Below, piece after piece: positions 38,701 to 49,929 of a stretch of 64,000 nucleotides of DNA; positions within the stretch are counted from its first letter, which is position 1, and each line of letters starts with the position of its first letter. The notes below the pieces were generated by a model that saw only the letters and a program-made list of their open reading frames with translations, was not told where the DNA came from and did no database searches. A program made the translations under genes and the position numbers. This DNA is from Oopsacas minuta (Eukaryota > Animalia > Porifera): positions 434,001-498,000 of the forward strand of contig JAKMXF010000298.1 of NCBI GenBank assembly GCA_024704765.1, written 5' to 3'.

Positions 38701-38722
38701 AATGCTGTGTTGAATCTGACAT
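23745..38722 (-). CDS. NAT10: RNA cytidine acetyltransferase NAT10/Kre33, 10 exons, 1046 aa
   Basis: Exons 38722-38264, 34760-34476, 34089-33893, 33643-33314, 31393-31183, 26754-26494, 26178-25773, 25520-25040, 24393-24124, 23985-23745, all phase-consistent GT-AG; motifs LWCYKKDLGF, GRGKS, DEAAAIPLP, RIATHPDYQGMGYGS. Confidence 0.95.
26868..27012. mobile_element. PIF/Harbinger-like MITE
   Basis: TIR ggccgttcaaacgttacgtaac / gttacataacgtttgaacgggcc; a matching end also occurs at ~54755-54778. Confidence 0.5.
28422..30635 (-). CDS. Lysyl oxidase-like protein (signal peptide, 3 clear + 1 degenerate SRCR domains, LOX catalytic domain), 737 aa, single exon, nested in NAT10 intron 5
   Basis: SRCR motifs GRVEVFFNGRWGTIC and GRLEVKIDDEWGSVC; copper motif WDYHQCHGHYHS; LTQ Lys in GHKASFCLED and Tyr in CYDLY; CQWIDVT. 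Confidence 0.92.
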   Translation of the reverse strand: MFLLSCLFIITVLLRLSVSQYDSLISPTYEQLMGYIDVRLVQDYRCRESSRSVSGRVEVFFNGRWGTICRNRLTKDTGDLLCREMGYSHSQYSNNFFCSRAPYNVPMLLSYIECRGSEPSFKQCIISEDKPRFCRDYYGYYHGRDLALTCYKKTYDEPESLPVSLYLPGLDIPDSPDIEIPKLQSRCSGVVQISYNGEEGFISSIGVDRIVGSIVCEQLGYYTYLGPVPPEYLLDIYEPILLAKPYCTGSENELKDCSHWGWGPFPHLAEYGVFSVQCACEAKFECGELEQSEIRLRSKVKPWEGRLEVKIDDEWGSVCNHGFLRQSAIVACRQLGFRFIGYTSRDLRNAGYGAINLRDVACKGNEEKLTDCSHTVITSTNDHYCRYHYTDIMLRCEAEPPEPQVRLETPVSLPYGNRFGGECNLLEFKHGEEWFPHCCEDNTGIQYNLATVCREAKGQYLSNSGCTAPRSDIIYSSQGNYTCEKGSCYTDGCNSQEFNISVSCPSQQYTYVCCSSVLPDLVPNIDILLRSLGGIFNTHSTNLIYTRYKKCAVEDGCLAPDADPDNRYDRRTLLTFSTRSDNLGSDHFRPAVSSDQWDYHQCHGHYHSIEHFVDYSLKSFDGFVSVGEGHKASFCLEDSGCFPGGVASHRCGYGRTGNQGISPNCYDLYSEYLDCQWIDVTSTPPGLYRLELDMNPSKYVPESDFSNNKITCIIDFEIYYFRTYSCEYESVSTPGHS
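34888..34970. repeat. Degenerate (AAAC)n microsatellite
   Basis: Direct reading: aaacaaacaaacaaacaaac...aaacaaacaaacatac. Confidence 0.8.
34972..36419 (+). CDS. Coiled-coil + NHL-repeat protein nested antisense in NAT10 intron 1; probable 10-nt first exon 34972-34981 spliced to 35107
   Basis: Open frame 35103-36419 has no ATG before residue ~32; ATGAACAAAC|gtgaat...aattag|AA gives MNKQFKLANYSGYD; NHL repeats TPRGMAID, SPFGIYL, EPFSFCFD, GPKGIVI. The start exon is inferred. Confidence 0.75.
38094..38143. mobile_element. 50-bp hAT (Charlie-like) mini-MITE
   Basis: Perfect 15-bp TIR cagcggttcccaacc / ggttgggaaccgctg and perfect 8-bp TSD cgctaatc. Confidence 0.9.
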
Positions 38723-39155
38723 TATATTATCTACTGTAACCGAACTAACTAAACAATTTCATAATATATTTCCAGGCAAGTGCTGGAGTATTATAGCTAC
38801 GAATAAATATATGTAACTAATACTTAATGGAAGTGAAGTGGAAGTTTACTAGTTCATTGAAAAATGGCAAATAATTATGAATTATTCAATTACTCAATAA
38901 ATGAACAATTTTATTGGGAATCAGCTGGGCAAATAGCGAGTAAATAGTAGCTTGAATCAATCTAAAATTCTAAATGGCAGTTTAATGAAGCTATGATTAT
39001 TTGTTTTCAGTTATTCGTTGAGTAATTAGTTGAGTAATTCATGAATTAGTTAACTAAGAGTGAAATATCCTCAGTAGGTATCATTTCCAAATAATTAATA
39101 TGCAGCAGACCGCGCTCAATTAAGGTATTTGCCGATACGTGTATATTATTAATAG

Positions 39156-39818
39156 TCAATATACACACTTATTCCTCTGATATCTATAGACAAATAAGTG
39201 CTCATTTGCTGCTCTCCTCTCCATCACCAATTCACCTTTAATATCAAATCCTTCCAAATACTCTCTCACTTCCTCAGGTTTATTCTGCTTTATAAGCAAA
39301 AGATAGAACACACCTGTTGGGGAAAGGAGATTTGGAATTTGAGAGAGAAGTCTATTCGTAACAACTCTACCGTCAGCACCTCCAGCCCAAGAGGCCTCGA
39401 TACCACACCCTCCTACCTCAACCTCTGACGTCACTACATAAGGCGGATTGAATACCAACAAGTCTACAAATTTATGTAACTTCGTGTTTGAGACTAAATC
39501 AGTATTAACAATCTGTACAGAACACTTATTGTATTCTGTAGTGTATTTAGTAGCTAAACAAGCGTAATGGTTAATATCAGTAGCAAAGTATATACAGTTA
39601 GGACCAAGCATCCTAGCTAAGAATGTAGTTATTATTCCAGATCCACAACCTACTTCAAGACTTATTAAAGGGTTCAATTTATGAATAATAAAGCTGTCTT
39701 TCTCAAGTGAATCTAAGAGGAGATAAGTATCTTCTGAGGGAGGGTAGAATTTATCTTTTAGCTTGTTTGATTCAGGACCTAGATCTGGAGTGCTAAAGTC
39801 AAATGTAGAGCTATTCAT
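39156..39818 (-). CDS. N6AMT1: Methyltransferase N6AMT1/HEMK2, 220 aa
   Basis: YPPSEDTYLLLDSLE, LEVGCGSG, VFNPPYV, SWAGGADGR. Confidence 0.93.
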   Translation of the reverse strand: MNSSTFDFSTPDLGPESNKLKDKFYPPSEDTYLLLDSLEKDSFIIHKLNPLISLEVGCGSGIITTFLARMLGPNCIYFATDINHYACLATKYTTEYNKCSVQIVNTDLVSNTKLHKFVDLLVFNPPYVVTSEVEVGGCGIEASWAGGADGRVVTNRLLSQIPNLLSPTGVFYLLLIKQNKPEEVREYLEGFDIKGELVMERRAANEHLFVYRYQRNKCVY

Positions 39819-39984
39819 TCTAATATTACATTAAATAGCTTGTTTCCCGTAAATTATCCCTCTCGAAATAATAATATTAATAATGGGAGAAATACCCTAA
39901 ACAGCTAACTGATTACAGTAGAATTCGGGTAAGAAGTACAGTGTCGTACACTCAGTTAGGTAATACTTCTTTCATCCTAAACTT

Positions 39985-40350
39985 TTTAGTGTACCTCCTA
40001 TAGGGAGATTCCTTAATGGCGTGGACGATGTGCGACGTCCGTCCTTCCGTCCGCGCGGCCGTTCGAAATCTAGCAGTCCAATTTACATGAAAATTGGCAT
40101 ACAATTACATTGTGGGTCGAAGATTTGCACCTCGGGTATGAATTTTTTCAAAGTGAATATTTGACACCTTTTTGGTGATTGATCATGTTTCACACCTTTC
40201 AATGTAAAATACAAAAGCAAGCTAGAGATTAGGTTTCAACATGTTGTCAGGGGTAATTGGGCGCGTAGAGTCCGATTTTAGAAGTTCAGAGTCTGAAAGT
40301 TACAAATTCACAGATTTATCATATGAATAATCATATTTTCACACCTTTTT
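39985..40350 (+). mobile_element. HINE/DINE-1-like (Helentron-associated) non-autonomous element; inverted partial copy at 40654-40720
   Basis: 5' ctcctatagggag hairpin + gtccgtccttccgtcc; 40190-40350 matches the reverse complement of 57274-57437 and partly 27090-27175. Confidence 0.5.
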
Positions 40351-40818
40351 GCACATATTTCAAATTGATCTAGAGATTTCGTATAGACAGTGGGGTAATT
40401 GTAGGATAATTATTCGGAATTTTACCCATAGGATTTGAGGATATAACATGGAATACAGTAGGGGGGACGAATGATACTGATAATACTGAAATATTTATCG
40501 GATCCAGGAGCCTAAAATCAGTCTGGTCCGGCATTTGCACGGGGGGTCAGGGGGACGAGGCGTTACAGTGCTAATATAATACACTTCACCAGAACCAATT
40601 TTATGATTTTATTCCTAATTAGCAAAACCCTACAATCTGATTGGCCTAAAATGAAAAGGTGTGAAAAAGTATGAAAATATGATAATTCATATGATAAATC
40701 TGTGAATTTATAACTTCCTGTTCGAATGTGGTCCCGCGATGCCGCACAAGTTTTCAATTTTTGACAATTCCAGCCCTGTATTTTCTAATTATACAACATA
40801 TAATATCAAATGGATAAA

Positions 40819-41142
40819 TTAATTAGTATTAATAATTGGATATAGAACTCTACTTCTGTGATCCAGGTTCTGGAAGGAGGGCCTGTAGCTTAAGCTATCA
40901 TATGTCACACGATTGAGCTCGTTAACTTTCCTGATGTCTTTAAACTGAGGGAGACCAGCTGTTATACCAGCTATAGACATAAATAGTCCAAGAATAGTTT
41001 CCAGAAGCAGATGAAGAGGTTGTTTAGCGAGAGAGATACTGCTTCTGGATATAGATTTATACAGTGTGCAATATTGTATTGTAGAGAAAGTGCTGTGTAC
41101 TAAAAGTATTAATCCAAACACGAGAACATATCGATGTAACAT
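40819..41142 (-). CDS. MMGT1: Membrane magnesium transporter 1 / ER membrane complex subunit 5, 107 aa
   Basis: Two TM helices, LLVHSTFS, LLETILGL, TYDSLSYRPSFQNLDHRSRVL. Confidence 0.88.
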   Translation of the reverse strand: MLHRYVLVFGLILLVHSTFSTIQYCTLYKSISRSSISLAKQPLHLLLETILGLFMSIAGITAGLPQFKDIRKVNELNRVTYDSLSYRPSFQNLDHRSRVLYPIINTN

Positions 41143-41647
41143 TTAGCTAAAGAAAGATATACAATGAGCTCAATAAATATCCAAAAAATTAGAACTGATT
41201 TATAAGAACTCCAAATGAATTCACTAGGTTATGTAATTGGTTTGATTATCAATCAATCTGGCATTTTTCGAATGTACAGTGGCCAATTCGGAATACTGAT
41301 CAATTTCATTTATAATAGTATAGTGGAAAGTCAGGGCAGGGCTAGTGAGATTTATGATTTAAAGATGAGGTAAATAGAGGGCGGATTAATAAATAATATT
41401 AGTTACAATTTAGTAAGATATAAACTATGTACTAATATTAAACATTTCAGATATCTGAATGAACTTATAAACCAACAAAGAAAAGTTCGAATCTCGTGGG
41501 TGAACTTCGTTACAACAAGACCGATTATATTTACAGAAACTGCTTAATAGACCCAATTCTATTACACAAGGGATTGTACTAGCTATGCGATGTCCTGTTC
41601 TCTAAGTAATGAAATTATATCTGCTCAACTAAGAAATTTACTAAACA

Positions 41648-42850
41648 ATGGCTGAACTCTATCCAGAAATTCCTCTAGTCATGAACCCGACAGAGGCTCG
41701 TATCAATCAGTTGTTCGATCATCTGGTAATCTGCCTCAACAGAAGACGTGTTAAGCTCATCAGTGAGTTCCGAGAGAGACAGAAAGAGAAAAGCACTGCG
41801 CTATCAGAAAGTGATCGAACTATTAGTCAGCTACAAGAATCGAAAGCAAGCATACAAACCCAGATGAAAGAGAACATGCTTCAGTCCATGAGAGAGAGGA
41901 TGATTGAGGACATAGACGCTAAACTGAAAGAGCTACGGGTAACAGTGAGGGAGACAGAGGTGCTGTTTCAGTGTGAGACTCAACAAATAGAGGAGAGTAT
42001 CTTTGTGTTAGGTCAACTGATAGAGAGGGAGATCATCTCTCCACCAAACTATCCCGCCCTCCTACAACCCAGCATATCTGCCGGAAATAGAGGAACAGCT
42101 GAAGGAGAACTTGATTTTGCGAGAGGAATAGCTTTTAATGAGAATACACAGCTCATCTACGTAGCACATGGTAGTAATTCAGGTCGTATAAGTGTATTTT
42201 CTGTTACAGGAGAATTCATTAAAACTGTGTGTGAGGGAATATTTAGGTATCCACGAGGCATAGCCATAAGTGGAGAGGATGTATACATTAGTGATGTGTT
42301 GTTCCATTGCATATTTCATTATAAGTTACCAAACTTCCGATTGGTAACTGGTGTAGGCAAAGAGGGGAAAGGTAAAGAAGAGTTCAATTCTCCAAGTGGC
42401 CTCACTGTATCTACTGACAGGTCTGTGTTCGTAGCAGATCTAGATAACCACAGGATAGTAGTGATGGATGCTAACCTAAAACACCAAAAATTCATCACAC
42501 ACGACACCATGACAGCGCCGCAAGATGTGAAACTACTTGATGATTCAATATATGTTCTGAGTAGTAAAGACAACCACTGTCTACACGTGTTCTCTCCAGC
42601 TGGTGAGAAGCTACGCTCTTTCATCACATGCAATCAGTAGAGTAATGCACAAGTTAAAGGACCAACCACATTCTGTTTCGCCAAGAAACAGAATATTCTG
42701 ATCGGAGACTATTCAGATGGAAATATCAAAGTATTCTCTCTAGATGGGGCGCTACTTCATACACTAGGGGATACTTAAGATGATGGCAAGAGAATAAAAC
42801 CTATGGGCATAGTAAATTTGGATTACATATTTAGAAACAACGGTTTTCTA
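41648..42850 (+). pseudogene. Coiled-coil + NHL gene truncated by in-frame stops at 42638-42640 (TAG) and 42776-42778 (TAA)
   Basis: 330-aa ORF with NHL repeats; the same frame continues past TAG as SNAQVKGPTTFCFAKKQNILIGDYSDGNIKVFSLDGALLHTLGDT*DDGKRIKPMGIV, i.e. the remaining NHL blades. Confidence 0.7.
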
Positions 42851-44174
42851 GAAAGTTAATTAAAGGAAGCATCTAGTAGTGCTCGACAAATTATGTGGTT
42901 TGGTAGCTTAGTTTAGTTAAGCCACCAAAACAATTACCTTTTACACAAAGATCCTATCCTCAGTTTCGGAAATCGAAATAATATAGCCACCGAATATATT
43001 TGCGGGCCGGGCCGCGGTTAGAAATTTGAACCGCGTGTAACTCTGATTAATGGTATGCTATCTTGAATTCGCAATTCCAGATGTCGCATAAATATGCATT
43101 TATCATGTTAACCAAATAAGCAAAGAAAATAAATAAAACTTGACCAAATAGGAGAACTCAGATCAGACATACTAGGCTAACAAGTACATTCGGCTAGTAC
43201 GTACTTTTCTCAAAAATGGATTATCAATTTGGTGCTAATAGTAGAGGAAAATATTCGGATAAGACGTACTTCGGTTATTACGTACGTATATCAATGATAC
43301 ATGTACTCCATATATGATAATACTGTCGAACCCGTATGTTTTGTCTCCAAAATGCATGGAAAAAGAGGTAAAAAAAACAGTTTCAACTACTAAACAATTA
43401 TGCTTCGAGAGTGAAATTCTTAGTCTTCCAATTTTTCATAAAAAAACAAGTTTCTGAAACTATTTATATATCTGTTTACTTTAGATTCATAAAAACAACA
43501 ATAAATTTACATATGAGAAACTGCGAAATTCGGAATCAGCATACTTTGTTACCCCAATGTAGCCGTTAAGAGCAAGTCCAGGACCGTAGCAAGCTCATGA
43601 CAACTGGTCTGGCCATCGAATATAACTCAACCTGCTCAGCCGCCCATCGGTAATAGAATTACATTATGATTACAAAAAAAGACGGGATCCGGGTACCCAG
43701 GGCTGCAGCCATGAAATCTATACGTATATGTTAAGATTTAAACTATAGTTTACTTGATATTCATAAAAACAAAATTTACATATGAGAAACTTAAAAATTC
43801 GAATTTTGGATTCTACGTACTTTGTTACCTCATTATAGCCGGTAAGAACAAGGACGAATTCGATTAGAGTGTGATACTATCTTGCAGAAACTAACTAAAT
43901 ATTTTGTTGGGCAGTCGCGTACGTTCGCAAACTTTATGGTTCATAACAATTGTGCATTCCACATGAACTAGCTGAACTCCACACGATGGGCGGAGCTCTA
44001 TTATTACATCCACGCCTATAGAATTACTGGAGTAGAGCGGGAATCGAGTGTAATATGATCCATAATACAAACAGGAGTGTCAAAAACAAGTAAGTATATA
44101 GTATTACATTGTGCAATAGTAATATACGTATAGACATACATATAAGAGATGTGATCATTAATTGAGCTCATTAA

Positions 44175-44763
44175 ATGGAGACTGCTAGGTTAATCCCCAA
44201 TCAAAACGCATATACTCGTCCTGGCCCAGGAGTAATAGGAACTCTGTTCGGTCCGTATCCTCTCAGAACCGGACCTAATTTCAAACAAGAGGGATACCCA
44301 GACTCTGTACAGATGAACAAGGAACCACAGAGAGTAATTTGTCCTACATGCAAGATTGAACAGGTAAATAATACAAATAATATGCTAGAAAAGAGTTAAC
44401 AAGTTCTCTTTGTAAATTCATGTTGGTTTAATGATATAATGTACTTAGGTAACTATGAAATACCGAACTATAGTCCAAATTGTGCATTTTAGCGAGACAC
44501 GACACAATCAATATCTACTCAACTATTAGGTATTTAATTTTATCCTCTAGACAACTGTAATTAGCAAGAAGTCTGGAAAAGCAGTAAACATACTCGCTCA
44601 ATTCATGATCATCGCTATATTATGGTATACTTGGTTATGGGCTCTCCCAATTATCCTTGTCCCAATTGCGTTGGTACCTTACTGTATAAAGAGGTTCTAC
44701 GACACGCTACATCACTGTCCTGTCTGTAATAAACTAATTGGAAAGAGACAGTTTGCTTTCTAG
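44175..44763 (+). CDS. LITAF-domain protein A, 2 exons (44175-44363, 44551-44763), 133 aa
   Basis: CPTC...hydrophobic stretch...HHCPVC...IG; phase-0 GT-AG intron. Confidence 0.85.
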
Positions 44764-45143
44764 CGATAAGGATTTCCAAATTACCAAACAAACAAATTAT
44801 GTTAAAGTCAGACTGGGTACAATTATGACTTATGAGAGATGTTTAGCAAGACTATCAATATGTGCAAGTTTTGTATTATTATGTAGCAAGGTATACCAGC
44901 AGATTTTGATAATATTACCCAAAATTATTCAAAAATACTCTTTATGCTAGAAATATGCCAGTCATATGCCAGAATTTAAAACATTATGCTTTATTTTATG
45001 ACAGAAAATTCTTTCTGCTAGAATTATGCTAGACAAGCTAGAAAGTACTAGTAACAACTCCAGCATTTATCGTATTCATAATTTTTAGTGAAAAGGCCTC
45101 ACTGAAATCCAAACGATTCATTTGTCAAACTAGATTTATACAT

Positions 45144-45326
45144 CAGTGGGACCTCGTTAATACGAACACAGTTAATACTTATTTCCGAATAAGACGAACA
45201 AATATTTACACATATCCAGGTCCCTATAGTGGATTTCCAATTAGTTTTGCTCCGGTTAAACGAACTCTATGTAAGGAGAACAAATTTTGACCCTCTGTTG
45301 GTGTTCGTATTAACGAGGTTCCGCTG
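45144..45326. mobile_element. pogo/Tigger-like MITE, 183 bp
   Basis: 26-bp TIR cagtgggacctcgttaatacgaacac / gtgttcgtattaacgaggttccgctg (2 mismatches); a related end occurs at ~8730-8785. Confidence 0.7.
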
Positions 45327-45513
45327 TCTGTATTTTTACACTATAATTGAGTAACTCAAATATGATAGCATCAATAATATATATGCCCAACCATGGCCGG
45401 CGCCGCCTATTTGAGAGAGTGGACTAGTGGGTGTCCGACTCTCAGGACGCCCACGGTGGCGCTGACCCTGCCAACTAAATTTTTTATTTTGAGCAAGTTG
45501 AGTTAGCAGTTCT

Positions 45514-46255
45514 ATGTCACAGCAAAGGAATCAAGTGCCTCGGGGCTATGAACGAGGACCACCACCAAATTACACCTCTGTTATGCCAACAGGAAACGAA
45601 TATGGTTCTTTAGTAGAGCAAATAGGACACAATCCTCAACATATAACTTGTCCAAATTGTAGAGTTACACAGGTAATGTATACTATCTTATTAATTTATT
45701 AATTTTTCGTGGAATTAATTCTGGGCTGGTATCTACATTCTCAACCGTATAGTTAGAGCGGTCCGTGCGTAATTTATAAATGTTGGGCGGACTCATGCAA
45801 CAATGCTAGATCCACTACCCACCAAAGTCGTCAGGCACTAATATTTATCATACAGAAATGAATTATATTTATTTGTATCATATGGGAAATATTGGTAGTT
45901 CCAATCAGCTCCAGTCTTAAATATCATAGCAAGCTACAACACATTCAATATTATATAATGAGATGGCAAAAAAAACTAGAATTATTTCATATGTATTACA
46001 TCATTATTGCCCTGAATTTATACTGTTGACTTTATTATTTAGATATCGAAGATACAAAGAGAAATAGGACCAGGTGCACTACGCTGTACTTTAATCATGT
46101 ACATAGCGGTGATATGCACTTTGATATTTATATTACCAGTTCTTATTGTTCCCTTCTTTTGTGTTCCACTCTGTATGAACCGCTACAAACAAACAGAACA
46201 TGTGTGTCCTTCATGCAATCACATCATTGGCGTATGCCGTATGAAAATAAAGTAG
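45514..46255 (+). CDS. LITAF-domain protein B, 2 exons (45514-45672, 46043-46255), 123 aa
   Basis: PPPNY motif, CPNC...hydrophobic stretch...HVCPSC...IG; intron at the same position as in LITAF A. Confidence 0.85.
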
Positions 46256-47134
46256 TCTATATTTATTATGTGTTTCTGGACATGCTCTTTCTATTTTATA
46301 TCCTGTTAATGTAAACTTTAACAAATTACTAGTTAATATATTTCAACGAATATCAGGCCCTCGGGAGGGCGAGACGCATTTCATTATCATTACCTTATTA
46401 TTTATGACGTTATTATAATACAAATAGCCATTTAATGGAAAATTGAATGACTCTACTTTGAAATATGTAAACTAAAGTAAACGTGTTATATGACTTTTGT
46501 GAAGAAAAATCTACTATTCACCTTATATAAGTAAATAAATTGTGTAGTTGAAACTTGAAAACATTGAGAAAATGGTGAGGTAATGACAATATGCTGAAAC
46601 AAGTTTCCAACTACAGTGAATTTGCCTTAGTTATTATCGCAGATATCACAAAATGAATACAGTAGAACCTCACAAAGTGGGGTAAGACTTCGGGAATACC
46701 CACTCCGACAAAGCGAGGGGTACCTAAAAAGGGCCCAAAACAACATCCAAGCCATTTATTCATTATTAATACCGTTACTCAATTGCCGAATAATAATATC
46801 CGAGAGTCGAATAAGAGATAATTATTCGACAGTCGAATAACGATGTTAATAACTTTGGGATTTTTCACTGATCTTTACCCCATTTATGAGATATACACCT
46901 CTTTAGGAGGTTTGGTCTTCGAAACAGGCCCTTCCTCCATACCAATTTGTGGGGCACCTACCTTGAAAAGCTCCAGTTCAGCGGTTTTGATTAATTTTAC
47001 AAGATTTTCTTGTCGAGTTATTTTATAATTTCAAAAGGATTCAGGTTGGCCCAGGGCTCCTGAAGGACCCATGCTTATATAAAAATAAGAGGCGTCCCAC
47101 TTCTCTGACGGAGGGGAAGGCTAAAAATACTGAT

Positions 47135-47262
47135 AAAAAGGAGGATAGCGTCTATCGCAGAAGAGATGCTTATCTGGGAATCGAACCCAGATTCTCACAT
47201 GAGCAGTGTGTGCGTTATATCCATTAAACTAATAAGCGAAGTAACGATAGACAAAGCCCCCT
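47135..47262 (-). ncRNA. Putative Pol III ncRNA (copy B): tRNA-like cloverleaf inside a 5'/3' panhandle, 128 nt
   Basis: A box TAGTTTAATGG, B box GGTTCGATTCC in a perfect T-arm CTGGG/CCCAG, outer stems AGGGGG/CCTCCT and GTCTATCGT/GCGATAGAC, T5 end; ~85% identical to 52204-52331 by hand alignment. Confidence 0.7.
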
Positions 47263-47285
47263 ACTTATATATAACCTCACAAGCT

Positions 47286-47293
47286 TATATATA
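47286..47293 (-). promoter_or_regulatory. TATA box at -31..-24 of ncRNA copy B
   Basis: TATATATA at the same offset as in copy A although the spacer sequences are unrelated. Confidence 0.5.
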
Positions 47294-48316
47294 TTCCATA
47301 ACTCTAATCAAAATTCTCTTATGGGTAGATAATATAATTGATACAGTAGTTAGAGAATATATATTAGATTGAGTATGATGAATGTAGATATAATTTAACA
47401 AAAAATATCGACTATAAGAAACATGAATAGTCTCCAGGGGTAACACCCGGAATTCCAGTGTAAGCGCGTTTTGGAGATATAATGTTCAATTCAGTGATAT
47501 AGGTCCCCCCCACCCAAACGAAGGTCACCCATATAGAACCTATAGGCTCAAGGAGATACATAGCTCTATATAGACTTCTCGCTTGTTGACCCAGATACAT
47601 TCCTTGTACGTGCTCGTTATTAAGAGGTTTCAGTTGTGCCAGAGTAACTCTCTTGCGAGTTGGTTCAGATTTTTACTGTTTTAGATTATGACTGCCCTCA
47701 CATGTTGTCCCAGAGGATCTATTTCCGAGATTACATATTCGCAAAAAGTTTGATGCAAAAAATGAAAACGAAACGAAATCAAATACAAAGAAGAGATTAC
47801 TGCTACAAATAATTTACATGCAAACGAAGTTAACGAACAGAAATAGTAATACAAAGAAAACCCTGCTGCAGCAAATCAAATCGTGCATCAAACATCCGGA
47901 CAACACCCAGAGGCAAGTCTGATACTAATCCAAACAACATCCTGACTACAGTAAGATTCGTTTGCATGTAATCTGTTTGCAAATAAGTAATCTGTCTATT
48001 TCCTGCATCGCTAGTAATTTAGTGTACAGGCCCGGTGACCCCCAAAACACTAGTGAATTCGGACCATCACGCCCAGAAAACGCTAACGATTTCACCTACG
48101 CCGGCCCTATATCGCTAGCGTGAACCACCTGCCCGCATGCAAGCTCCCAAAACGCGCTTGATCTATGTTTACTGAAATCATCAGTTACTTCATAAGGTGA
48201 AATTTACCCTATTTTGAGAACAGCGGACGTGAAGAAGAGAATTCTACTGAGAATGTATCATCAACAAAACCATATAAATATCATGTGATAAGTCAATGAA
48301 TTAATGGTACGATTGG

Positions 48317-48442
48317 CAGGATTGCCGCGGGTATGAGAATCATTTACTTGCTATGGGAATTCCCATATGAGAAAACCCATAGGAATTCCCACAGAAATCC
48401 TGTGAGAATGGGAATTGAAATTCCGTACCCATGGCAACCCTG
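48317..48442. mobile_element. hAT-type MITE, same family as 10912-11091
   Basis: TIR caggattgccgcggg / cccatggcaaccctg; shared core gaattcccacagaaatcctgtg; TSD degenerate. Confidence 0.65.
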
Positions 48443-49929
48443 ACAATGGTGGCTATCGGGCTAATAATCTGCAATTTAAAGCGGATCTGATGCTGTCCAG
48501 CTTTTATTCAGGTTTGATAGTTCATTTGTGCAGTAATGTCCAATTTTTTTGTAAAAAAATTGAAAATTCTACTGTGTTTATGCAAAACCCATCTTCTGCT
48601 AATTTTGATGAATCACTAGTTTTAAATGTGAAATCATTTTCAGTTTATGGAATTAAAGTTCCATGCATATTGCATTATTGCTGCCATGTGCCAATTTCGG
48701 AAGGGCATTAGAATACTTTTGATTAATCACGTGGTAACATAATTATGAATACAACCAATTGATTTTGTATTTTAACAGTTTCTATCAATGAATATTACCT
48801 CTTTTGAAACAATTTGGATGATGCAAGTTGGTTTAATAGTCTGATGGTATCAACTAGTATCCTGATAGAACAGTAAATGTATAAACACGCTAATTACTAA
48901 AATAGGGAAAAACAACAACAAATAATACGAATAATATAAACAAGGGGATAGAGAGAATAGAGCCTCTGTAGGTTGTGTTTTCATATAACATTGTTCCGTT
49001 AGTTGTGTATATATTCGGTATTCCAGTTTATAGCGATCACAAATAGAGCTACCAGACTTATCATATGGTAGATTTTCGAATTTTCATCTTGTGTGATTCT
49101 AGACAAGATAATATATCCAAATATACGAGTATTAAAATTGGGGGTAAAGAAACAAGTTATAGTGTATCATTGTCTGGTTGAGAAACTTTTATATAATTCC
49201 ATACGACATCGCAAATCGGCTAAATTAATTAAATAGTTTACGTTGCAGTTTTGTAAACTCGAACAGACTATCAGATAACCATTAAGTAAATATAACAACA
49301 TTCCAATAGGTTCTTCATATTTTATTTAAATATAAATAAGCTCTTGTTGACTTATTTTGAAATGGCGTTCGCCTATTCTCCCGTGAATTTTTCACTTCGA
49401 TAGGGCTGTAATTGGGCTACTCTAGCTATACTAAACTTAGTCATATTGTAATTACCTATTTTTAGGAGAACAATAACTAGCTAAGTTTGTTTCTAATGAA
49501 ATTGCCACAAAATACATTAGTTTCCTATAGTATATTATTTCGAAAATATTTTCGGATTTAAATTCCTACACATTTCCCAACCTTTTGATAAGAACCCCTT
49601 ATTAGCCTATATAGACCCCCCTCTATAGATTACAACTTCCCGTGCACCCTTCAGGAGTCTATGGCCCCTAGGTTGGATCCAGGGTTTATACATAAATTTC
49701 TGGACCGTCACTTTTTCTTACCCTGGCTCTCCTGGGATGGCACTTTTTTGGACGGTGACATATTGATCCTGACTAATTTGAGTCTCATGGCCGGTACTTT
49801 TAGGTGCCCGCCAAGCACTTAGATAAACCCCTGGTTGGATCACTATCCTACTCTATAAATGAAGGGCGCCCAAATACGAGTTTTCAACACCTTATTTATA
49901 ATTACACAACATTACCCTGTGTTATTAGC

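Noticed and set aside
47980-48170. CRISPR-like spaced repeats (cccaaaac.cta..)
   Set aside because: Units are highly degenerate and irregular, the context is eukaryotic and there are no cas genes; more likely subterminal repeats of a DNA element
49804-49929. N-terminal extension of the GST ORF from an upstream GTG
   Set aside because: Theta-GST similarity begins at ATG 49930 (MSGLKLF); the extension looks like an open 5' UTR
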